From contig URNP01000005.1 of NCBI GenBank assembly GCA_900549225.1, forward strand, positions 4,532 to 68,531: 64,000 nucleotides of DNA. Direction: 5' to 3'. This stretch comes from an uncultured Eubacteriales bacterium (GTDB lineage Bacteria > Bacillota > Clostridia > Christensenellales > CAG-917). Of the stretch, positions 17,904 through 28,042 are shown piece after piece. The notes under the pieces are model-generated. The model had not been told where the DNA came from. It was given only the letters and a program-made list of their open reading frames with translations, and made no database searches. Each line of letters opens with the position of its first letter. Positions within the stretch are counted from its first letter, which is position 1. A program made the translations under genes and the position numbers.

Positions 17904-20084
17904 TTATCTATTTATTCCGCGACGGTTGGTTTTCATCTCTTTGCGGAAGGCTTTGAGTTCGGCAAGAAGTTTGTTTGCGATATCGGGGTAGGTCTTTGAC
18001 AGACTGTAGCCCTCTGCAGGGTCGGTGTCGAGGTTGAAGAGGTAGTTTTTGTACACTTGGTCGATGAAAGCCGAGTTTTCCGTGCGCACCTTGTCGTAGT
18101 ATTTGAAATCGTACGTTACGCCGTTCAGTTCAACCGCCATTTGCACTGCTTGGCACTTGCCTTTTTTGAGATAGAAGAGTTTGTCGTGCACGCGCGTGGA
18201 CGTGGGGACGGTGCAGTTCCAAAGCGACGTAAGGTCAACGCCGTCGATGGTTCTGTCGGAGGGCAGATACACGCTTCCGTCCGCATTTTTGATGCCGCAG
18301 TAACTCAAAATCGTGTTGAACAAGTCAAAGTTCATACTGCTTGCGTCGATATGCTTCGTGGTTGCCGTGGTTGCCACGCTCGATTTAACCTTGCTTGCAA
18401 CGTTCTCTTGCGAAGTGCGCTGGGAGTTGTTCTCCCACTGATAGTACTTGTAGGTTTCGCTCTCGATTGCGTCGCCTTGACCGACGCCGCCGTTTGGATA
18501 ACTCACGAGAATAGGCACTTTCATACCGCCCTCGAAAGTGGTGTTTTTTCTGCCTCTCATATCACCCGTGACGCCCTCTCTGCCGGGGCCGTTGTCGGAG
18601 GTGAACACGACGAGAGTGTTGTCATAGAGCGTGCCTGTCCCGCTTGGGTCGGGCGTGTTTTTGAGATAGTTCAAAATGTCGCCGAGATATTTGTCAAACT
18701 CCTCGATACATTGCACGTAGGTGTCGTCCGCCGTGTTGCCCTTGCCCTCGCCGCTGTTGTCCGAGAAAATGGGGAAGTGCGGCCACGGAGTCGTGTAGTA
18801 TGCAAGGAATTTTTCGTTTTGTTTGACGGAGGTATCGATGAAGTTTATCATCTCTGCCGTAAGCAGTCTTGTGCTTTCGGACTGGTCGAGGTTCTCCTTG
18901 TGCGTGCGCACTTCTTGGGAGTGGAGATTGCCCTTGGCGTCTACCTCGTCCTTAACCCAGTTGTATGGAGTCATATCGTTGACGTAGTAACTGCCGTAGA
19001 AATAGTTGAATCCTTGATTTGTCGGCAGATATTCGCCGTAGTCGCCGAGATTCCACTTGCCGATGCAACCCGTATTGTAGCCTGCTGCTTGCAAAACTTC
19101 CGCAAAAGTGATTTCGTCGCCGAGAATGCCGTCAACGTTGTTGAGAAATTGATAGGGATTGAGGAAGTGCGTGGGAGACCACGGATTTGATTGAATATCG
19201 CTTGGGAACACGACGTTGTCGAGATATCCGCGCGAGGAATATCTGCCCGTGAGAATTGAAAATCTCGACGGGGAACACACGGGAGATGCGGAATAGAAGT
19301 TGTCCATCATGATTCCGCCGTCCGCGATGGAGTCGATATTCGGGGTGTTTATCGTTGCGTTTACGGAGTCGGTCACCGTTCCGCTTGCGCCGTCGATGCG
19401 AGACGCGAGATAACTGTAAGCCGAGATATCGCTGTACGCCATATCGTCCATAAGGATGACGAGAACGTTGGGATTATCTTGCGTTTTGTAATTCTTGTTA
19501 AATCCCTTGTTCTTTACGCTTGTAAGATAGTCTTCGTGACCTGCTTTAAGGCTTTCGACGGTGGGACGGCAGCGCAAGTTCATAAAGAAAACGTACACGA
19601 TTGCCGTGCCTATCATCAAAAACGAGCAGACTGCGCAAGTGATTTTCAGAGCGGATTTTTTGGTGATAAATCTATCGGCAACGTACACGAGCGTGGCAAG
19701 AAGCACGGGGAAAAGAACTATGACGAAGTTGTACCAAAGATTCTTCCCGAAACTCTCCGCACCCCATATAAGGAAAAACACGAACAGACCGCATATGCAC
19801 ACCATATACGATATCCACATATACAGCCCGACGTTGCTTTTTGCGAGCATACGTGCAAAGATAAACACGCCCGCCACGATTGCCAGAATGTCGGCAATGA
19901 GGGGGAGGAAATTGTAGCCCGTGCACCACATAACGAGCATAAACGCAGAGCAAAGCGCAAGATAAACTATGTCGGAAATGCGCTTTGATTTGTCGATATG
20001 CACGAATTTTTTGCCGTTGCACTCGGACTCGGTTTGGGGTTCGTCGTTTTGGACTTCAGCGTTGTTCACGTCAAGATTATCCAT
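17904..20084 (-). CDS. Membrane-anchored Cys-type (formylglycine) sulfatase: N-terminal polytopic domain fused to a sulfatase domain
   Basis: RBS agaggtgg. About 190 aa of TM segments are followed by VLVILMDDMAYSD and the sulfatase signature SPVCSPSRFSILTGRY. Confidence 0.85.
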   Translation of the reverse strand: MDNLDVNNAEVQNDEPQTESECNGKKFVHIDKSKRISDIVYLALCSAFMLVMWCTGYNFLPLIADILAIVAGVFIFARMLAKSNVGLYMWISYMVCICGLFVFFLIWGAESFGKNLWYNFVIVLFPVLLATLVYVADRFITKKSALKITCAVCSFLMIGTAIVYVFFMNLRCRPTVESLKAGHEDYLTSVKNKGFNKNYKTQDNPNVLVILMDDMAYSDISAYSYLASRIDGASGTVTDSVNATINTPNIDSIADGGIMMDNFYSASPVCSPSRFSILTGRYSSRGYLDNVVFPSDIQSNPWSPTHFLNPYQFLNNVDGILGDEITFAEVLQAAGYNTGCIGKWNLGDYGEYLPTNQGFNYFYGSYYVNDMTPYNWVKDEVDAKGNLHSQEVRTHKENLDQSESTRLLTAEMINFIDTSVKQNEKFLAYYTTPWPHFPIFSDNSGEGKGNTADDTYVQCIEEFDKYLGDILNYLKNTPDPSGTGTLYDNTLVVFTSDNGPGREGVTGDMRGRKNTTFEGGMKVPILVSYPNGGVGQGDAIESETYKYYQWENNSQRTSQENVASKVKSSVATTATTKHIDASSMNFDLFNTILSYCGIKNADGSVYLPSDRTIDGVDLTSLWNCTVPTSTRVHDKLFYLKKGKCQAVQMAVELNGVTYDFKYYDKVRTENSAFIDQVYKNYLFNLDTDPAEGYSLSKTYPDIANKLLAELKAFRKEMKTNRRGINR

Positions 20085-20128
20085 AATTCCACCTCTGTAT
20101 TTTGTTTGATAATAAAATATCGTTTGTT

Positions 20129-21637
20129 TTAGTTGTTTTTGCTCGTCGGCACTACGTTGAGATAACTCTTTCTCCAGGAGTTAGGATTGAACAGAAGCAA
20201 TATAGGTAAGATTTCGAGTCGTCCGAGCAACATATCGAAGGAAAGCACGAGTTTTGCAAAAATCGTGTAACTTGCAAAGTTGCCCTTAGGACCGACCGCG
20301 CCGCTTCCCGGTCCTATGTTGTTGAAGCATGCGATGACGGCAGAGAAGTTGGTTTCAAACGCGTCATACGCTCCGAAATCGTTGTTGCCTATCGAGATGA
20401 GCAGCACGGACACGAAAACGATAAACATATAGATGATGAAGAAACTCTTGACGTTGCGCCTCGTCGTTTCGTCAATGGGAGCGCCGTCCATCTTCGGAGT
20501 GTAAACTGAGCGAGGCGAAAGCGTCTTTTTGACGTTGATTATCGAGGATTTGGAGAGGATAACCACGCGCGACACCTTGAGTCCGCCCGCCGTCGAGCCT
20601 GCACAGCCGCCTATGCACATAACCGAAAGCAGAACTATGCGCGAGAACACGGGCCACTTCGTGTAGTCCGCCGTGCCGAATCCCGACGTACTCATCAGCG
20701 ACGATACGTTGAACGCGGCGTCTTTGAGTGCGGTGGCAAAGTTGTCGTAGGTTTTTGAAACCATAAGATTTGCAACGATAATCGCAACCGCCGAAACGTA
20801 AATGGATACGAACCAGGCAAGTTCCTCGTTGCGTATCGCTTTGAGGAAATGGCCTATCAAAATGAGATAGTAGAGTGTGAAGTTGATTGAGAACAGAAGC
20901 ATAAACACCGTGAGAGTCACTTCGATTCCGACGGAGTTGTAGTACGCAATGCTCGTCGCTTTTACGCCGAATCCGCCCGTCGACGCCGTTGAGAAAGCGT
21001 GGCAGAAACTGTCGAACACGGGCATTTTCAGCGCGCAAAGTATGCCCACCAAAATGAAGGTCATCACGATATAAATTGCGTACAAAATGAGAGAAGTGAA
21101 GCGCAATTTGCTCACGATTTTTCCGAATTGCGGGCCGGGAATTTCCGCTTTTGCAAGAGCGGTTGACATTTTGTCGTTTTTGGGAATGAACACAATTACG
21201 AACACTAAAACGCCCATACCGCCGATAAACTGCGTCAGCGCGCGCCAGAACAGCAGAGATTTGGGAAGCGCCTCGACGTCTGTGAGTATGCTCGAACCCG
21301 TGGTGGTATAGCCCGATATCGTTTCAAAAAGTGCGTCGATATAGTTGGGGATATATCCAGATACGCGGAACGGAATCGCACTCACGAGCGCGACGAAAAT
21401 CCAAAACAGAGCGCACATTGCAAACCCGCTCGTAGAGCGCATATCGCGCTTGTCCTTGGGAGGTCTGACGATTATGCCGACCACGCCGAGAAGCAGACAC
21501 ACGCCGATTGCGATGCCGAAACCGAGTATGGTCGTATCCTCTTGATAGCCTATTGACATAAAGAGAGGAATGGACATCAGCGCTCCGATTATGATGGCGA
21601 TTTCGCCCAAAGCGAATGCAAGCAAACGTAAATTCAT
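20129..21637 (-). CDS. trkH: TrkH/KtrB-family potassium uptake membrane subunit
   Basis: Repeated pore-loop motifs TTGSS, STGGFG, TSGFGT and GCAGSTAGGLKV; polytopic. Confidence 0.9.
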   Translation of the reverse strand: MNLRLLAFALGEIAIIIGALMSIPLFMSIGYQEDTTILGFGIAIGVCLLLGVVGIIVRPPKDKRDMRSTSGFAMCALFWIFVALVSAIPFRVSGYIPNYIDALFETISGYTTTGSSILTDVEALPKSLLFWRALTQFIGGMGVLVFVIVFIPKNDKMSTALAKAEIPGPQFGKIVSKLRFTSLILYAIYIVMTFILVGILCALKMPVFDSFCHAFSTASTGGFGVKATSIAYYNSVGIEVTLTVFMLLFSINFTLYYLILIGHFLKAIRNEELAWFVSIYVSAVAIIVANLMVSKTYDNFATALKDAAFNVSSLMSTSGFGTADYTKWPVFSRIVLLSVMCIGGCAGSTAGGLKVSRVVILSKSSIINVKKTLSPRSVYTPKMDGAPIDETTRRNVKSFFIIYMFIVFVSVLLISIGNNDFGAYDAFETNFSAVIACFNNIGPGSGAVGPKGNFASYTIFAKLVLSFDMLLGRLEILPILLLFNPNSWRKSYLNVVPTSKNN

Positions 21638-21642
21638 AAGCC

Positions 21643-22995
21643 TTAGTTGTCGAGAATATCTCTCAAATCGTCAAGACCTTCTTCGAGCGTGACGATGATA
21701 ACGCTGTCTCCCAATTTTATGACGTCTTGTCCCGAGGGAGTGATAAGCACGCCTTTGCGGATTATGCCCGCAACGAGCAAGTGCTTTTTGAGATTGAGTT
21801 TTTGGAGAGGGACGTCAAACTTTTTGAAGTTTTCATTTGCCTCGAATTCCAAAATTTCGGTTGAATCGTCGATGATATGGAACATACGCTTGACCGTACT
21901 GCCTGATTTGTTGCTCAAAAGGCGTACGAAGCGGATGATGTGGTCTGCCGTCGAGTTTTTGGTGGAAACCGCGCTGTAAATGCCGCTCTTTTGCAGCATA
22001 TCGTAATAGCCGAGTTGGTCTATTTTGGTGATGACTTTCGGCACGTTTTGCGATGCGGCAAACATACTCATAATGATATTCTGCTCGTCGATATTGCCCA
22101 GTGCCACGAAAGCGTCCGTCGTCGAAATATTCTCTTCTTGGAGCAATTCTTGGTCTGTGCCGTCGCCGAGAATGACGTTCACTTTTTTGAAAGTCTGCGA
22201 GAAAGTTTCGGCGGTTTGCAGATTTTTTTCGATGAGTTTTGAGTGAATACCGAGTTTGTCGAGTTCTTGGCAAAGATAGTACGCCGTCGTCGAGCCGCCC
22301 ACGATAATAGCGTCTTTTGCCTGCTTGTTCCATCCGAGTTGCTTGAAAAAGAGCGAGATATCTTTTGCCGTGGCGGTGAGGAAGAGCCTGTCTTCTGCCT
22401 GAATGACGAAGTCGCCGCCCGGGATAATCGCTTTTCCGTCGCGCTTTGCCGCGCAGATAAGCACTTTTGCCTTGGATTTGCTTCCGAGATTTTTGAGTTC
22501 CAATCCTACGAGATCGCTGTCGCCACTCACTCTGAATTCCACGAGTTCGACTTTCCCGTTTGAAAATTCGTTGACTTTGATTGCTGAGGGGAAGCGAAGC
22601 ATACGGCTGATTTCAAGCGCCGCCTCGTATTGCGGATTGACAAGTAGATTGATGCCGAAGTCGTTTTCGTTGCCGAAAAGTTCGAGATATTCGGGCTTGG
22701 AAACTCGCGCGATAGTCTTTTTCGCGCCGAGTCTTTTTGCTATGATACAGCAAAGAATATTCAGTTCGTCGTGGTTGGTCGCGCCGATAAAAAGTTCGGC
22801 AAAAGCGACGTTTGCTTCTTTGAGAACGTCTGCGCTTGCGCTGTTGCCGATGACGCCTTTCACGTCAAAATGATTGACGGCTTTTTCCACCTTATCGCCG
22901 TTTATGTCAACGACGACGATATTGTGTCCCTCGTCGGTGAGTTCCTGCATAAGGGTAGTGCCGACTGCGCCCAAACCGCTGATGATTATGTCCAT
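21643..22995 (-). CDS. trkA: TrkA potassium uptake protein (tandem RCK/NAD-binding domains)
   Basis: RBS aagagga precedes the ATG at 22995 (MDIIISGLGAVGTTL...). A second Rossmann motif IIVGGSTTAYYL follows. The 56-aa upstream extension in the ORF track lacks support. Confidence 0.9.
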   Translation of the reverse strand: MDIIISGLGAVGTTLMQELTDEGHNIVVVDINGDKVEKAVNHFDVKGVIGNSASADVLKEANVAFAELFIGATNHDELNILCCIIAKRLGAKKTIARVSKPEYLELFGNENDFGINLLVNPQYEAALEISRMLRFPSAIKVNEFSNGKVELVEFRVSGDSDLVGLELKNLGSKSKAKVLICAAKRDGKAIIPGGDFVIQAEDRLFLTATAKDISLFFKQLGWNKQAKDAIIVGGSTTAYYLCQELDKLGIHSKLIEKNLQTAETFSQTFKKVNVILGDGTDQELLQEENISTTDAFVALGNIDEQNIIMSMFAASQNVPKVITKIDQLGYYDMLQKSGIYSAVSTKNSTADHIIRFVRLLSNKSGSTVKRMFHIIDDSTEILEFEANENFKKFDVPLQKLNLKKHLLVAGIIRKGVLITPSGQDVIKLGDSVIIVTLEEGLDDLRDILDN

Positions 22996-23204
22996 TTGAT
23001 TCCTCTTTTTCGATTCGTCTTTTAGAAGTATATAGATTATAACACTTATAAAGTATAATAACAACCATAAATTCAAAACTCGGTCGTTTCTCATATTTTT
23101 CGTGCGCAACGTTCGATTGCGTAATTTGCCTCTTTTCAGGCGTTTAATTTTAACGAAGTTCACGTTATTGCAGGTGTTACATTTGAAATCATAATTTATC
23201 GTGT

Positions 23205-23238
23205 ATGAAAAAATCCGACGATTTTTCGTCGGATTTTC
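23205..23238 (-). terminator. Rho-independent terminator of the two-gene membrane operon
   Basis: atccgacg / cgtcggat stem with a T6 run on the minus strand. Confidence 0.8.
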
Positions 23239-23266
23239 ATAAATACTATTGTAAGATGCGATTTAA

Positions 23267-24169
23267 TCAGTCTACCGATTGCGTATCTTCTGCGATCTGC
23301 TCGGATTCTTTTTCCGCGTCTTCTAGCGCCTTTTCTTCGACGGATTCTTCGTCAGTTTGAGCGCTTTCGTCCGCTTGCTCGTTTTGAGCGTCGAAAGAAA
23401 CGTTTTGCTCGAGTTCCACGTCAGAGCCTGCGATTTGCTCGAGGTGTTGTTGCTCTTCTTGAAGTTTCGCCTTCTTCTTTTCACGTACGATTTGCAAAAT
23501 CGCAAAGATTGCGCACAGAGCGATACCCACGAACAAGTATGCCGAGCCTACGCCGAGTTTCGGAGCGGCAAAGCCGAGAATGAGTGAGAATGCAACGATA
23601 ATCGAGAGCGGAAGCACCGCGAGTTTGATATTTTTCACGACGTACTTTCCGCCGAGCGAGCCGAAGAGGGCGTACACGACGCAAGTGAAAGCGGGCGTAA
23701 TCCACGGCGTGTTCTGAATTGCCGTTTCGACGTTGCTCACCGCAAGAATAAGCACGAAGATCGCAATGATGACCGTCGTCACAAGCGTGCTCGTTGCAAC
23801 CGAGAGGGTGGAAACCACTTCGTTCTCTTCCGTGCCGAGTTTCGTGCCGCAAATCTCTTGTGCCTTGACGACGCAAGGAATTTTGAGGTTTGAAAGATTG
23901 CCCGTGATAAACGCAAGGTATGCGCTGTTGATGCCGAGCATCGGAGAATAAATGACGGGTTCTGCGATTCCCGAAAGGAAGTTGATGATGAAGGGGATGA
24001 GAACGGCGCTCGTGCCCATAACGCTCATATCGGGTTTCACACCGTAGTACAGACAAATCGTCGTCGGCACAGCGAAGAAAATAACAAGCGAGAGTGCCAT
24101 CCAGATTTTTCCGATAATGTGTGATTTGAGGTTGTAATCCATCGTGACTTTGATTCTTTCTTTTGCCAT
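23267..24169 (-). CDS. Polytopic membrane protein of unknown function with ~70-aa acidic C-terminal tail
   Basis: AGGAGG lies 8 nt before ATG 24169 (MAKERIK...). Multiple hydrophobic segments. Tail sequence QEEQQHLEQIAGSDVELEQ...EESVEEKALEDAEKESEQIAEDTQSVD. Confidence 0.65.
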   Translation of the reverse strand: MAKERIKVTMDYNLKSHIIGKIWMALSLVIFFAVPTTICLYYGVKPDMSVMGTSAVLIPFIINFLSGIAEPVIYSPMLGINSAYLAFITGNLSNLKIPCVVKAQEICGTKLGTEENEVVSTLSVATSTLVTTVIIAIFVLILAVSNVETAIQNTPWITPAFTCVVYALFGSLGGKYVVKNIKLAVLPLSIIVAFSLILGFAAPKLGVGSAYLFVGIALCAIFAILQIVREKKKAKLQEEQQHLEQIAGSDVELEQNVSFDAQNEQADESAQTDEESVEEKALEDAEKESEQIAEDTQSVD

Positions 24170-24182
24170 AATCCACACCTCC

Positions 24183-25058
24183 TTACAGTATCATCGCAAA
24201 GGCGTTCTTTGCCGCCTCTGTCGCTTGCTCCGTCGTATTAGACAAATCGGTGGAAAGCGCCCAGCCGTATTTGTTTGCGCAGAAACTGATTATGCCGACC
24301 ACAAACATTGCGATAAGCATGGAAAGCGGAGTGGAGAAACTGTCAAGCCATTTCCAATTTGCCTTGTTGATAAGCACGTCGCACACGTACATACAACCCA
24401 TTGCCACTAGCACGGCGATAAAGTTGTAGTAGCCGTCAACGAAAGTTACGTTCTTTGCGAGCGTTTCGAGGCTCATTGCGAGATAGCCGATGACCATGCC
24501 GATAAACGACACTTGGAATACGAGGTCGCCGATATTGACTCCGCCTTTCTTGCCGCCACCCGACGTTTTCGCCATGAGTTTGCCGATTTTCGGCTGATAC
24601 AGACGGTAGAAGAAGAGCACTTCGACGCCGCCCGAACAGATTGCGATGGTCATAATCATGGCCATCGTGGCAAAGTCTTGTGCGGAGATTCCGTGTGCGA
24701 TCATTGCGCGCATCGAGCCGTAAAGCCCCTCCGCAACGCCGTTTGCCATCTGCGTTTCGTATTGAAGCGAACCGACGACGGTGAGCCTGATTGCGGGAAA
24801 CGCAATTCCCAAAGTGCCTATGAGCGTGACCACTCCGAGTGCGATGCCGAGTCCGGGCAGGATAGAGAAAGTGGCCGAAGTCGTGATGACTTTTTTGATT
24901 TTTGAGGACTCGATGCCAAGTTGTTTTGCTCTTTTGAAGGCAGAAATCATATAGTAAAGCGACAGCGCGACGATAAACGCCAACACTATGCCGTACATTA
25001 TGAACACCATCGGGTCGCGCAGGGAGAATTCTCTTGCGCCAAGTGTGGTTGCAAACAT
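24183..25058 (-). CDS. Polytopic membrane protein of unknown function (resembles DUF5058-type proteins from memory; unverified)
   Basis: 291 aa with hydrophobic segments throughout. It sits 13 nt upstream of the next gene in the same orientation. Confidence 0.6.
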   Translation of the reverse strand: MFATTLGAREFSLRDPMVFIMYGIVLAFIVALSLYYMISAFKRAKQLGIESSKIKKVITTSATFSILPGLGIALGVVTLIGTLGIAFPAIRLTVVGSLQYETQMANGVAEGLYGSMRAMIAHGISAQDFATMAMIMTIAICSGGVEVLFFYRLYQPKIGKLMAKTSGGGKKGGVNIGDLVFQVSFIGMVIGYLAMSLETLAKNVTFVDGYYNFIAVLVAMGCMYVCDVLINKANWKWLDSFSTPLSMLIAMFVVGIISFCANKYGWALSTDLSNTTEQATEAAKNAFAMIL

Positions 25059-25150
25059 AGGCGAACTCCTTTCTTTAATAAAGTTTTAATAATTATGGAT
25101 TCAGTATAAAACAGAAAACGCAGTTAGGCAATAATTTTTTTTCATATATG

Positions 25151-25179
25151 TTGCAACCTTTTTCGTTTGGTGCTAAAAT
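25151..25179 (+). promoter_or_regulatory. Promoter of the folate operon
   Basis: TTGCAA (25151-25156), 17-nt spacer ending in tgc, TAAAAT (25174-25179). Confidence 0.65.
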
Positions 25180-25192
25180 CAAGTCATCATCT

Positions 25193-25292
25193 ATGGAAGT
25201 AGTAGAAATTGCGCGTTAAGTGCCGTACGAACGTGGGGTGTCGGCGGACGAAGAGCGTTGCTCGCGGTGCAATATTCACTCCGGACTTCACA
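25193..25292 (+). promoter_or_regulatory. THF (tetrahydrofolate) class I riboswitch aptamer
   Basis: ggaAGUAGuagaaauuGCGCGUUAAGUG...GGGGUGUCGG...ACGAAG...CGCGGUGcaauauuCACUCCGGacuuc matches the conserved blocks of the THF-I aptamer as I recall it (AGUAG, GCGUUAAGUG, GGGAUGUCG, ACGAAG, CGCGGUG, CAUCCG). It lies between the promoter and folC. Confidence 0.8.
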
Positions 25293-25337
25293 TATTACCG
25301 AAAGGTTTTTTGCGAGTGCTTCCAAAGGGGGTGCTTT

Positions 25338-26660
25338 TTGTTTTACGAAGAGGCATTGAACTATATCAAAAATATCGAAAGGTCGGGATCGGATTACGGC
25401 ATCGAAAGGATGCGTGAACTTCTCGATCTTCTCGGCGCACCCGACAAGCGTCTCAAATTCGTCCATATCGCAGGCACGAACGGGAAAGGCTCGGTGAGCG
25501 CGTATCTCACTTCCGTGCTTAAAGAGGCAGGGTACAATGTCGGCACTTACAATTCCCCCTCCGTTTTTCGCTACAACGAAAGATGGCTTATAAACGGCAC
25601 GCCGCTTTCTGACGACGACGTGGCAAAGTATCTCTCCATTGTCAGAGAGTGCGTTCAAAACGAGCAGACTTTGCGCGCCGCTTTAGGACTCGATGCGTTC
25701 AATCCTACCGCGTTTGAGATAGAAACCGCCGTTGCAATGCTTGCTTTTTTCGACAAGGAATGCGACGTGTGCGTGCTTGAAACGGGACTCGGCGGAAGAT
25801 GGGACGCAACCAACGCCATCGAGGACAAAGAACTTGCCGTCATCACGCCAATAGGACTTGACCACTGTGCGATTTTGGGCAACACGATAGAACAAATCGC
25901 AAGCGAAAAGGCGGCGATAACCAAAGACGTCGTCGTCACCTGCGAGCAACCGCCCGAGGTTATGCACGAGATAGAAAATCCGTTTTCGATGAAAGACGGC
26001 AAGAAGGTATACCGCAAAGCGAAAGTCGAAGTTTGCGAACGCGCTGAATTTTTGAGAGGCGATATCGGCGGACAAGCGTTCTTATACGATGGCAAAGAGT
26101 ACGAAATATCAATGCTCGGCAAGCATCAACTCGTCAACGCGTCGATAGCGATTTGCGCCGTTGAGCAACTGAGAAAAAAGCACTTCGATATAAGCGAAAA
26201 AGCGCTTAAAGACGGACTTAAAAACACGGTGTGGAAAGCAAGACTTCAAGTCGTCAAAAACGCAAAAGAGGACTTTAATATATCCGTTGCACAAGATAAA
26301 GTGCTTGTTTTTGACGGTTCGCACAATCCGCAAGGCGCAACCACTCTTGCGGAAGCAATCAAAGATTTATTCAAAGACAGGAGAGTACATCTCGTTTTGG
26401 GCATACTCAAAGACAAGGACGTAAAGGGCATTTGCGAGATTCTCGCACCGCTTGCAAACAGGATAACCTGCATCACGCCGCCCTCGCCCAGAGCAATGGA
26501 CAAAGAAGAATTATCGTCGATTGCCAAGCCGCTTTGCAAAGGCGAGTGCTGTACGTCGGACGATATAAAAACGGCAGTGCAAAACGCATTGAACGGCGAT
26601 TGCGATATCGTGATTCTTTGCGGTTCGCTCACGCTTTTTTCGGGATTGAAAAACGAATAA
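25338..26660 (+). CDS. folC: Bifunctional folylpolyglutamate synthase / dihydrofolate synthase
   Basis: aaggggg RBS, then TTG 25338 ([12 protein letters not shown]...). P-loop [11 protein letters not shown]. The longer ORF from 25209 would run through the riboswitch. Confidence 0.85.
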   Translation: MFYEEALNYIKNIERSGSDYGIERMRELLDLLGAPDKRLKFVHIAGTNGKGSVSAYLTSVLKEAGYNVGTYNSPSVFRYNERWLINGTPLSDDDVAKYLSIVRECVQNEQTLRAALGLDAFNPTAFEIETAVAMLAFFDKECDVCVLETGLGGRWDATNAIEDKELAVITPIGLDHCAILGNTIEQIASEKAAITKDVVVTCEQPPEVMHEIENPFSMKDGKKVYRKAKVEVCERAEFLRGDIGGQAFLYDGKEYEISMLGKHQLVNASIAICAVEQLRKKHFDISEKALKDGLKNTVWKARLQVVKNAKEDFNISVAQDKVLVFDGSHNPQGATTLAEAIKDLFKDRRVHLVLGILKDKDVKGICEILAPLANRITCITPPSPRAMDKEELSSIAKPLCKGECCTSDDIKTAVQNALNGDCDIVILCGSLTLFSGLKNE

Positions 26661-26677
26661 AACAACTATTAACGCTT

Positions 26678-27238
26678 ATGAAAAACACGGCTATAGATCA
26701 TGAAGCAATCAAAAAAGCAGTCAACGACATTCTCGTCGCAATCGGAGAAAATCCCGAAAGGGAAGGGCTTTTGCAGACTCCCGACAGAGTCGCCCGTATG
26801 CTTGAGGAACTGACCGCAGGATACTGCGACGACGCAAAAACGCATCTTTGCAAAACTTTTGCCGAGAGCGGCAGTGAGGCGGTCATTGAAAGAGATATAG
26901 ACTTTTCCTCCACTTGCGAGCATCATCTCATGCCGTTTTTCGGCAAGGTGCATATTGCCTACGTTCCCGACGGAAAGGTCGTCGGCTTGTCAAAACTTGC
27001 AAGAGTGGTCGAGGTGTACGCAAAGCGATTGCAACTTCAAGAAAGGCTCAATTCGCAGATTGCGGACGCAATTTTCGACGTGCTTCAACCAAAAGGCGTG
27101 CTTGTCGTCGTCGAGGCTCATCACACGTGTATGAGCGCGCGCGGAGTAAAAAAGATAAGTGCAAAAACCGTCACTTTCGCAAAGAGAGGAGAAATCGACG
27201 ATACCGTTGAAAGAATGTTGCTCGAGGGATTGAAATGA
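26678..27238 (+). CDS. folE: GTP cyclohydrolase I
   Basis: [28 protein letters not shown] and [24 protein letters not shown] 26678 is the first start after the folC stop. Confidence 0.9.
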   Translation: MKNTAIDHEAIKKAVNDILVAIGENPEREGLLQTPDRVARMLEELTAGYCDDAKTHLCKTFAESGSEAVIERDIDFSSTCEHHLMPFFGKVHIAYVPDGKVVGLSKLARVVEVYAKRLQLQERLNSQIADAIFDVLQPKGVLVVVEAHHTCMSARGVKKISAKTVTFAKRGEIDDTVERMLLEGLK

Positions 27239-28032
27239 GAGAAAAGAGAACCTACGATTTTCACGTCGGCAACCGAGTTTTTGAAAGCGGCACGCACGTT
27301 ATGGCGATTCTCAATGCCACGCCCGACAGTTTTTATTCGGCAAGCAGACACCAAAACGACGCCGTCGAAACCGCAAAAAAGTTTTTGCAGCAGGGTGCGC
27401 AAATCGTCGATATCGGCGGTCAATCCACACGCCCCGGCGCGCAAAGCGTAAGCGCGCTTGAGGAAATGGCAAGAGTATTGCCCGTCGTTGAAAGCATAAA
27501 GAAGGAATGCCCCGACGCGCTCGTGAGCGTTGACACTTTCTATCCCGACGTTGCGTGGGCAGCGATAGACGCAGGCGCGGATATGATAAACGACGTAAGT
27601 TGTCTTCGCTACAAAGCGCTTGCAAAGGTAGTGGCACAAAACGACGTTGCAATCTGTGTCATGCACGACAGGCGTAAATCGCAAATTTCCGACCTGTTTT
27701 TCGACAAGGAAACGGGGCTTATGAGAGCGGTCGATACGCTCTTGTCGCAAGGGCTTGACAAGCGCAGAATCATGCTCGACGGCGGCATCGGGTTCAACAA
27801 AACGAGCGACGAGGATTGGCAACTTTTGAGAGGGTACGACAGACTCATCGATATGTTTGAAGAGTATCCGTTTTTGCTTGGCACGTCGAGAAAATCTATG
27901 TTCGGCGGCACTCCGGAAACGAGACTTTCCGCAACTCTCGACTCGACGATGCTTGCCGTAAAACAAGGCGTTTTATTCGTCCGCGTCCACGATATTAAAG
28001 AGAACGTTGCGGTTATAAATCTAACAAAATAA
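27235..28032 (+). CDS. folP: Dihydropteroate synthase
   Basis: [21 protein letters not shown] and MINDVS motifs. ATGA overlap with folE. Confidence 0.9.
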   Translation: MREKRTYDFHVGNRVFESGTHVMAILNATPDSFYSASRHQNDAVETAKKFLQQGAQIVDIGGQSTRPGAQSVSALEEMARVLPVVESIKKECPDALVSVDTFYPDVAWAAIDAGADMINDVSCLRYKALAKVVAQNDVAICVMHDRRKSQISDLFFDKETGLMRAVDTLLSQGLDKRRIMLDGGIGFNKTSDEDWQLLRGYDRLIDMFEEYPFLLGTSRKSMFGGTPETRLSATLDSTMLAVKQGVLFVRVHDIKENVAVINLTK

Positions 28033-28042
28033 TCTTATTCCT

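Noticed and set aside
22996-23163. 56-aa N-terminal extension of trkA in the ORF track.
   Set aside because: An internal ATG at 22995 has a strong aagagga RBS and starts exactly at the Rossmann motif. A TTGTTA-17-TATAAT promoter lies inside the supposed extension.
22996-23200. Search for a c-di-AMP (ydaO-type) riboswitch upstream of trkA.
   Set aside because: The best promoter is only ~40 nt from the start codon, leaving no room for an aptamer. The upstream 150 nt show only a small hairpin around gcgcaacgttcgattgcg.
25209-25337. N-terminal 43-aa extension of folC given by the ORF track.
   Set aside because: The extension runs through the THF riboswitch aptamer. A TTG at 25338 preceded by aaggggg gives the canonical FolC N-terminus.
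26432-26677. Upstream extension of folE overlapping the end of folC. Similar extensions exist for 16022, 28992, 37310, 41485, 45744 and 44310-45620.
   Set aside because: Internal ATGs with an RBS give products of canonical length, and the extensions overlap upstream genes or intergenic repeats.
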